Below are positions 57,837-64,000 of a stretch of DNA of 64,000 bases, piece by piece (the first letter of the stretch is position 1; the number at the start of each line of letters is the position of its first letter). The stretch covers positions 7,069-71,068 of the forward strand of contig CANQWE010000001.1 of the NCBI GenBank assembly GCA_947627475.1. Direction: 5' to 3'. This DNA is from an uncultured Clostridia bacterium (GTDB lineage Bacteria > Bacillota > Clostridia > Oscillospirales > CAG-272). The notes below the pieces were generated by a model that saw only the letters and a program-made list of their open reading frames with translations, did no database searches and had not been told where the DNA came from. Position numbers and translations under genes: made by a program.

Positions 57837-59252
57837 TTACTGTAAATAAGGGATCACCTTTGGAATATCCCCCGCTCCCATTATGAGAAACATATCTTTT
57901 TCGCTGCCGTGCTCGTTGAGGTATGCCGCAATATCCTGAAATTGTGCAATAAACCGGCAGGGTACTCCCTTTTGTACAATGGCGTCGGAAAGGCGCTCAG
58001 CGCTGACGCCGTATGTGTTTACTTCCCGGGCAGAATAAATGGGAGCCAGTACGATTTCTCCCTGCTGCATGTTTGAAAGCGCGTCTGTAAAGGCGTGGAA
58101 CAGCCGACTGGTTCTGGAATAGGTATGGGGCTGAAATACGCAGAAGATCCGGTCATACCCCATCTGTGCCGCGGCAGACAGGCTGGCTGCAATTTCTGTC
58201 GGATGGTGGGCGTAGTCGGAATAGATGGCCGCGCCGCATCTTGCCGCGCCGCAAAGCTCCATCCGCCGGCCCAGACCCTGGAAGGAGGCGAGAGCCTGGG
58301 ATATATCCTTTCCGGATATGCCGCACAGATGGGCTGCCGCCGCTGCGGCAAGGGCATCGCACACAGCATGGGCGCCGGGCACATGCAGAGACACACTACA
58401 CAAGGGCGTTTTCTTGTGGCGGATGGTGAACCGCGCGCACCCTTTTTGGAAGGATATGGAGTCCGCGCAGTAGTCTGCCTCCGACTCTTCCACCCCAAAA
58501 GTAACTAGCTTTCCGGTATAACCCTGGGCGGCCCGCATAACATCGTCGTCGCAGCAATTTACAAGCGCGATTCCACTGGGACCGGTTCGTTTCAGGAATT
58601 TATGAAAAGAGGCGTGGATTTGTTCCATAGAATGGAAGTAATCCACATGGTCCATTTCAATATTCAAAATAATGGCGATCGTGGGATAAAAGTCCAAAAA
58701 AGAATCCATATATTCACAGGCTTCAAAAATAAAGTATTCCTCTCCCCCGATCCTGTGTGTGCTGTTCTGACTCATCATTCGGGCGCCGCAGCTTACGGTA
58801 GGATCCAGTCCCGCGTCGGAAAATACCTTTTCCAGCATCGATGTGGTGGTGGATTTTCCATGCATGCCGCTGACGCCGATCCGGCAGCCGTACCCGGACA
58901 TCAAATATCCAAGATAATCTGCTCTGGATACGCACGGTATTCCTGCACGCTGTGCCGCGGCATATTCCGGATTGTCCGCCGGCATAGCCACAGTATATAC
59001 CAGCATATGGCATCCTTCTACGTGTGCTGGGTCTGCTTCATAATATACTGTGATACCGCTCTCTGCAAGCTGGCGGGTGATATCGGAGGGTGTGCGGTCA
59101 TATCCGCTGACAATATGGCCCCGCAGCTGCGTCACCCGGGCAAGGGAGCACATACTGATGCCGCCGATGCCTGCAAAAAAAATTTTTTTCGCTCCCCCGG
59201 AGAGCATTTTCTCAATTGTATCAGCCCCCAAATGCGTGTTTTGTAATGCCAT
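57837..59252 (-). CDS. murC: UDP-N-acetylmuramate--L-alanine ligase
   Basis: IFFAGIGGISMCSLA, GVSGMHGKSTTTSM. ATG 59252 (MALQNTHLG) is preferred over the longer track ORF. Confidence 0.85.
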   Translation of the reverse strand: MALQNTHLGADTIEKMLSGGAKKIFFAGIGGISMCSLARVTQLRGHIVSGYDRTPSDITRQLAESGITVYYEADPAHVEGCHMLVYTVAMPADNPEYAAAQRAGIPCVSRADYLGYLMSGYGCRIGVSGMHGKSTTTSMLEKVFSDAGLDPTVSCGARMMSQNSTHRIGGEEYFIFEACEYMDSFLDFYPTIAIILNIEMDHVDYFHSMEQIHASFHKFLKRTGPSGIALVNCCDDDVMRAAQGYTGKLVTFGVEESEADYCADSISFQKGCARFTIRHKKTPLCSVSLHVPGAHAVCDALAAAAAAHLCGISGKDISQALASFQGLGRRMELCGAARCGAAIYSDYAHHPTEIAASLSAAAQMGYDRIFCVFQPHTYSRTSRLFHAFTDALSNMQQGEIVLAPIYSAREVNTYGVSAERLSDAIVQKGVPCRFIAQFQDIAAYLNEHGSEKDMFLIMGAGDIPKVIPYLQ

Positions 59253-59585
59253 ACGTTTTGACCATGCCTTTCTCTGCAATTGTGACAGTTTGCCGGCGGC
59301 GCATAAAGATGGGTTTGAAAAACAGGGTTTAGGCTGTTTTGACTTATAAACTCTCTGCCGTCGTTCGTTCACAAAATTCGCCAAAAATTTTAAATCAGAT
59401 TTTTCTTTTCTTTCACAGTATTATTATATCATTTCGCTTAGATTTGTGTTATAGTTATATTGTACCATAAATTGATGCAAATACAAAGCCCGGCGGTCAA
59501 ATTTTTTGGTACTGCGCATACTGTCAGAAAATCAGCGGATACTATGAACAGCAATTTCATTTAACATTATGAAAGGAAGGCTACT

Positions 59586-59906
59586 ATGAATATCACAGAC
59601 GTGAAAATTCGAAAACTGTTTGAAGACGGTCCAATGAAAGCAATTGCATCTGTCACTTTTGACGATCAGCTGGCCGTACATGACATCAAAGTGATTTATG
59701 CTCGCGAAAAGTATTTTATCGTCATGCCCAGCAGGAAAAATGCAGACGGCACCTTCCGGGACATTGTGCATCCCATCAACGGCGCATTCCGCGCTGAGCT
59801 GGAGACAGCGGTCATTCAGGCTTATGATGGGGCATTGGCCCTTGCGCAGGCAGAGGCCGCATCGGCAGACCACCCGCAGACAGAAGAAGACCCTGCGGGG
59901 GAATAA
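59586..59906 (+). CDS. spoVG: Septation / regulatory protein SpoVG
   Basis: MNITDVKIRKLFEDGPMKAIASVTFDDQLAVHDIKVIYAREKYFIVMPSRK is a canonical SpoVG N-terminus. Confidence 0.9.
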   Translation: MNITDVKIRKLFEDGPMKAIASVTFDDQLAVHDIKVIYAREKYFIVMPSRKNADGTFRDIVHPINGAFRAELETAVIQAYDGALALAQAEAASADHPQTEEDPAGE

Positions 59907-59929
59907 TAAAATTCCGCCGGGAATGAGGC

Positions 59930-59965
59930 AAAAACAAGGAGGCTGCATGCAGCCTCCTTGTTTTT
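59930..59965 (+). terminator. Intrinsic terminator after spoVG
   Basis: aaaaacaaggaggctgcatgcagcctccttgttttt. Confidence 0.85.
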
Positions 59966-59995
59966 GAGATTGGACCCATTTTGCTTCACGCGCCT

Positions 59996-60175
59996 TTACA
60001 GTTCGTCTCTTATATTGATTTCGCCGTGCTCTTTCTCATATTCCCGTATACATTTTTTACACAAATATTCTAAAAGATTGCTTGCACTTCTGGTTTCTGC
60101 TTTTGCAATAATTTTAACCTTACACAAAACGTCTTCGTCTAAGTGAAAGGTAAACGGCAATTTGTTTGTAGGCAT
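59996..60175 (-). CDS. Ribbon-helix-helix (Arc/CopG-like) small protein
   Basis: AAGGAGA SD before ATG 60175. MPTNKLPFTFHLDEDVLCKVKIIAKAETRSASNLLEYLCKKCIREYE. Confidence 0.5.
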   Translation of the reverse strand: MPTNKLPFTFHLDEDVLCKVKIIAKAETRSASNLLEYLCKKCIREYEKEHGEINIRDEL

Positions 60176-60487
60176 GTTCCAGTCTCCTTTTACACTTCCC
60201 AGTAACATCTGTCTTATAGTGTAAATGATTTGCTGAATTATTTATACGCCAACAGTTATGAATATATACAATAACAGTTACATAAAAATTTCAAAAAATA
60301 TGCACTTATAGTAGTGCTTTCTGTCGGAAATGAAAAACAAAAGGCGAATAAACTGTTAAATCTGACGCATAGGGAGAAAATGGAACAGTAAGTAGAAAAA
60401 TTTACCTGTAAGCTGTATATCTGCATATAGAAAGGCAATACTACCGGAGAAACAGCGGGAAAATACTCCGGGAAAGGACGGGATCGT

Positions 60488-60778
60488 ATGATCAAAGGAT
60501 GCCAGAAGAAAATCATCCATATCACCAACACAGGCAGCCCGTATTTTGAAGAAGCCTATTTAATTTTGCGCCGGGGCGGCGATTTTTCCGACGGAGAAGA
60601 TGCAGGGGAGATGGATATGGTGCAGGAAGCAGTTAAAATTGCTGAAGGGGGCAGTGCAGCCTTATCTCCCAGACGGGAAAGAAAACGCAAACGACGCAAT
60701 CAGGCTTTTTTTTGTGGGATTTGTCTTTGCTCCTTTTTATTTGGTCTTGTGATGCTGATCTGCTCTCTGATCGGATGA
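60488..60778 (+). CDS. Hypothetical small protein with a C-terminal TM anchor
   Basis: 96-aa ORF with a basic stretch RRERKRKRRNQ followed by FFCGICLCSFLFGLVMLICSLI. No family recognised. Confidence 0.4.
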   Translation: MIKGCQKKIIHITNTGSPYFEEAYLILRRGGDFSDGEDAGEMDMVQEAVKIAEGGSAALSPRRERKRKRRNQAFFCGICLCSFLFGLVMLICSLIG

Positions 60779-60782
60779 TCTC

Positions 60783-60811
60783 TTGACAGTGGGACAGTTT
60801 TTGTGTATAAT
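60783..60811 (+). promoter_or_regulatory. Sigma-A type promoter driving the long rnj leader
   Basis: TTGACA (60783-60788), 17 nt, TATAAT (60806-60811). Confidence 0.6.
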
Positions 60812-60817
60812 AATATT

Positions 60818-61207
60818 TGGAGTAATTTGTTCGTGTTGTCCCTTTTGGGATGCGAGTCTGGGGGCCTTGTTTTGTCTCCTGGCTAAAAGACAGGCGCGAG
60901 GCCGTCTGTGGCAGCAAACTGCAAACTTTTATTGATAGTATAGCAAGAAGCAAAAACGGTGTGTACCGCCGCCCTCGGACATGCCGCTGAACCCGGACGC
61001 GCGTTCGGGTTTGCTTGTGCTGTATTTTTTTGCAGGCCACGCCTGCCTTTTTCAGAATTCATGAAACGAACGGGATTGCATACCAAATCAGGAGATAAAA
61101 GTCGCCTGAAGAGGATCCTGTGAAAATGAAGCGTACCTCACTTCAAATATACAGTTTTCACAGGCTGTCTGCTGCTGGGGCAGACAAAGAAGAAAGGCAC
61201 AATCATT
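60818..61207 (+). promoter_or_regulatory. Long (~390 nt) structured 5' leader of RNase J with an internal terminator-like hairpin (or an independent ~235-nt sRNA)
   Basis: No ORF with an SD. GC-rich hairpins (aacccggacgcgcgttcgggtt; gcaggc-cac-gcctgc followed by CTTTTT at 61032-61052; cctgtgaaaa...ttttcacagg at ~61118-61165). Confidence 0.4.
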
Positions 61208-62869
61208 ATGGCAAAGAATAAACTCAGAGTTATGATGCTGGGTGGACTGAACGAAATTGGCAAAAACATCGCCGTTTTGGAATACGGCGAGGATATCGTT
61301 GTGATCGACTGCGGTCTTGCGTTTCCGGACGAGGATATGCTGGGTATCGACTTAGTTATCCCTGATATTACCTACCTGGAAAAAAACGCCTCCAAAATCC
61401 GCGGCATTTTTTTGACCCATGGACATGAGGACCACATCGGCGCGCTGCCTTATGTGTTGCGCAGCATCAACCCGCCCATTTACGGTACCCGCCTGACCCT
61501 GGGCATTTTGGAAAACAAATTGGCGGAGCACAAGCTTACCAATAAAACCAAGCTGATCACCGTAGAAGCCGGCAGTGTAGTAAACGCCGGCGTGTTCAAA
61601 TGTGAATTTATCCGGGTGAACCACTCCATTGCAGACGCCTGCGCCATCGCAGTGCGTACCCCTGTGGGCGTGGTGCTCCATACCGGGGACTTTAAACTGG
61701 ATGTTTCCCCTATCGACGGCAGTATGATGGATGTCACCCGGCTGGGTGAGTACGGCAATGAGGGCGTGCTGCTGCTCATGTGTGAATCCACCAACGTGGA
61801 GCGGTCCGGGTATACCCCGTCAGAGCGCACCGTGGGCCATTCGCTGGATCATATTTTTCTGTCCAATGCGGATAAGCGGATCATTATCGCAACCTTTTCC
61901 TCCAATGTACACCGGGTCCAGCAGATTATCGATACCAGCGTAAAGTTTGGACGGAAGGTTGCAGTCACCGGCCGCAGCATGATCAATGTAGTGGGCGCAG
62001 CCGTTCGACTGGGCTATATGAAGGTCCCGGAAGGGGTGCTCATCGATTTAAACGACATCAATAAATATCCCAGCGAAATGGTTACGGTGGTGACTACCGG
62101 TTCCCAGGGCGAGCCTATGTCCGCCCTATACCGGATGGCCTTTTCCGACCACAGTCAGATCGAGCTGTCCTCCAAGGACCTGGTGGTGCTGTCCTCCCAT
62201 GCGATCCCTGGAAACGAGCTGCTGGTGGGGCGGATCATCAACGAACTGTATAAGCGGGGCGTCAACGTGTATCACGATGATCCCGAGGTTCATGTGTCCG
62301 GTCACGCCTGCCAGGAAGAGCTGAAGCTGATGCACAATCTGATACGGCCCAAATTTTTCATGCCGATCCATGGAGAATACCGGCATCTGATGCAGCACAA
62401 GGAGCTTGCGGAATTTTTGGGTATGGATTCCAAAAATATTTTTGTCACAGCCATCGGCGATGTGCTGGAGCTGGATAAGAACAACTGCAAGCGGGCAGGC
62501 ACGGTTCCTTCCGGACGGGTGCTCATCGACGGATACGGCGTAGGCGACGTGGGCAATATCGTCCTGCGGGACCGACGCCATCTGGCCCAGGACGGCCTCA
62601 TCGTAGTAGTAGCCACTGTAGACGTGGAGGAAAAGACACTTGCCAGCGGACCGGATATCGTTTCCAGAGGATTTGTATACGTGCGTGAGGCGGAGGAACT
62701 GATGGAAGAGGTGCGGCGGATCGCTACCAAGGTGCTTACCGATGCGTTGGATTCCGGCGTCACCGAATGGACGCAGATGAAAAACAGCGTCAAGGAAAGT
62801 CTTACAAAATATCTGTTTGGCAAAACCAAGAGAAAACCAATGATCCTGCCTGTGATCATGAATGTGTAA
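61208..62869 (+). CDS. rnj: Ribonuclease J
   Basis: LRVMMLGGLNEIGKNIAVLEYGEDIVVIDCG, LTHGHEDHIGALPY (metallo-beta-lactamase HxHxDH), beta-CASP region, 553 aa. Confidence 0.9.
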   Translation: MAKNKLRVMMLGGLNEIGKNIAVLEYGEDIVVIDCGLAFPDEDMLGIDLVIPDITYLEKNASKIRGIFLTHGHEDHIGALPYVLRSINPPIYGTRLTLGILENKLAEHKLTNKTKLITVEAGSVVNAGVFKCEFIRVNHSIADACAIAVRTPVGVVLHTGDFKLDVSPIDGSMMDVTRLGEYGNEGVLLLMCESTNVERSGYTPSERTVGHSLDHIFLSNADKRIIIATFSSNVHRVQQIIDTSVKFGRKVAVTGRSMINVVGAAVRLGYMKVPEGVLIDLNDINKYPSEMVTVVTTGSQGEPMSALYRMAFSDHSQIELSSKDLVVLSSHAIPGNELLVGRIINELYKRGVNVYHDDPEVHVSGHACQEELKLMHNLIRPKFFMPIHGEYRHLMQHKELAEFLGMDSKNIFVTAIGDVLELDKNNCKRAGTVPSGRVLIDGYGVGDVGNIVLRDRRHLAQDGLIVVVATVDVEEKTLASGPDIVSRGFVYVREAEELMEEVRRIATKVLTDALDSGVTEWTQMKNSVKESLTKYLFGKTKRKPMILPVIMNV

Positions 62870-62883
62870 AGGGAAAGGGAAAA

Positions 62884-63186
62884 ATGGTTAGACACATTGT
62901 CATTTGGAAACTGAAGGAAGAGCTTACAGGAGAAAGATTGGCCCTTGTAAAGCAAAACGCCAAGGAGGCCCTGGAGGGTCTCCTTGGACAGATCCCGGGC
63001 CTGCTCTCCGCCGCGGTGGCGGTGGATGGACTTGCTACTTCGACCGGGGATATGATGCTGGATACTGCTTTCACCGATGAAGCGGCGCTGCTGGCATATC
63101 AAAAGCATCCCCTGCACCAGGCAGCCGCGGATACATATGTGCGGCCCTATACCCATGCCAGAATGTGCATGGACTATGCAGAGTGA
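62884..63186 (+). CDS. Dabb-family (stress-responsive alpha/beta barrel) protein
   Basis: MVRHIVIWKLKEE...AFTDEAALLAYQKHPLHQ. ATG 62884 is preferred over the track start at 62767, which overlaps rnj. Confidence 0.7.
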   Translation: MVRHIVIWKLKEELTGERLALVKQNAKEALEGLLGQIPGLLSAAVAVDGLATSTGDMMLDTAFTDEAALLAYQKHPLHQAAADTYVRPYTHARMCMDYAE

Positions 63187-64000
63187 TGCGGCCGGAGCTG
63201 CTGTCGCCGGCAGGCGACTTTGAAAAACTCAAAAGCGCCATTTATTTTGGAGCGGATGCTGTGTATCTGTCTGGAAAAGCCTTCGGTATGCGGGCCGCCT
63301 CCGGCAATTTTACAGATGAAGAACTGGCCCAGGCGGTAGAATACGCCCATGCGCGTGGTGTGCGGGTGTATGTTACAGTGAATATCATGCCCAGGGACGG
63401 GGAATATCCTGCTCTACGGCAGTTTTTGCAGTATCTGCAGGCCATTGGCGCCGATGCGGCTATTGTGTCGGATTTGGGTGTGGTGACTCTGGCCAGAGCG
63501 TGCGCACCCAATCTGGAAATCCATATATCCACCCAGGCGTCCACTGTGTCATCCGCCACATGCATGGCCTGGCATAATATGGGAGCGAAGCGCATTGTCC
63601 TGGCAAGAGAATTATCTCTCGAAGCGATCTCAGCCATACGGGCCGCCTTGCCAGAGGAGGTGGAGCTGGAGACCTTTGTCCACGGGTCCATGTGTGTGGC
63701 CTATAGCGGCCGGTGCCTTCTCTCCCAGTATTACGTGGGGCGTGACGCCAACCGAGGCGCGTGCGCCCAGCCCTGCCGCTGGATCTACTCCGGAGAGATC
63801 GCAGAAGAAAAGCGCCCCGACGCGCGGTTGCCCATTGTGGAAGATGGGGGCGAGAGCTTTATTATGAGTTCCAAGGATATGTGTATGATCGGACATGTGC
63901 CGAAGCTTGTGCAGGCCGGGATCAACAGTTTGAAGCTGGAAGGCCGGGTCCGCAGCGCGTACTATACTGCCGTTGTGACGAATACATATAAAATGGCTCT
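63186..64000 (+). CDS. Peptidase U32 family protein; 3' end beyond the window
   Basis: Own translation from ATG 63186 (TGATG overlap with the upstream stop): MRPELLSPAGDFEKLKSAIYFGADAVYLSGKAFGMRA...VHGSMCVAYSGRCLLSQY. Open to the window end, so absent from the ORF track. Confidence 0.85.
   Translation, partial: MRPELLSPAGDFEKLKSAIYFGADAVYLSGKAFGMRAASGNFTDEELAQAVEYAHARGVRVYVTVNIMPRDGEYPALRQFLQYLQAIGADAAIVSDLGVVTLARACAPNLEIHISTQASTVSSATCMAWHNMGAKRIVLARELSLEAISAIRAALPEEVELETFVHGSMCVAYSGRCLLSQYYVGRDANRGACAQPCRWIYSGEIAEEKRPDARLPIVEDGGESFIMSSKDMCMIGHVPKLVQAGINSLKLEGRVRSAYYTAVVTNTYKMA

Noticed and set aside
60818-61055. The promoter-to-terminator RNA as 6S RNA, tmRNA, SRP RNA or RNase P RNA.
   Set aside because: The 5' and 3' ends do not pair into a 6S-type closing stem (checked by hand, allowing G-U). 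There is no tRNA-like GGUUCGA...CCA end or tag ORF, no SRP GGAA/AGCA motif and no GAGGAAAGUCC.

Overview
This is a 64-kb chromosomal window from a Gram-positive anaerobe of the Clostridia type. That assignment rests on two T-box leaders, spoVG, RNase J, a DapL-type lysine pathway, a split archaeal-type glutamate synthase and indolepyruvate oxidoreductase. Core genes are visibly GC-rich. All calls come from reading the sequence and ORF track by eye; no database search was possible, and family names recalled from memory are flagged as such. The core content falls into four groups. (1) A truncated AlaA-like aminotransferase sits behind a T-box at the left edge. (2) A mixed housekeeping block (5.7-22 kb) holds a glycoside hydrolase, a SodC-like protein, a nucleoside hydrolase, a DHH phosphoesterase, iorAB, aroK, a small alarmone synthetase, a MATE pump and a T-box(Trp)-controlled trpB. 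(3) A large nitrogen-assimilation supercluster (22.8-43.9 kb) holds an ANTAR regulator, glnA, a three-gene glutamate synthase, gdhA, a type III glutamine synthetase, purA-guaA-purF-carAB-dapF-dapL-nadE. Its leaders share a recurring motif (consensus GGCAAAGGnGTCTTT) that forms the 5' arm of terminator-like hairpins. (4) tRNA-Trp, murC, spoVG, RNase J, a Dabb protein and a truncated U32 peptidase lie at the right end. Accessory content is as follows. An AT-rich islet (2.5-5.4 kb) carries a frameshifted lipoprotein gene and an amidase-domain protein. A small XRE/AbrB-like/RHH islet lies at 8.0-9.3 kb. The main item of interest is a 13-kb AT-rich island (44.0-57.6 kb) abutting the 3' side of tRNA-Trp. 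It encodes a compact minus-strand operon with a B12-binding radical SAM enzyme, a SPASM radical SAM enzyme, an ACP-related protein and a 36-aa Cys-containing candidate precursor bracketed by RNA hairpins. The same operon carries an S8 protease fused to a P-loop (DUF1611-like) domain, a Cys-His-Asp papain/transglutaminase-like protein, two ABC exporters and a large S9-like hydrolase with a Cys nucleophile. I interpret it as an uncharacterised RiPP-type peptide maturation system. The window also carries a modular, hairpin-rich intergenic repeat family in at least four blocks. Two of these blocks form diverged ~0.7-kb inverted repeats bracketing a 15-kb segment.
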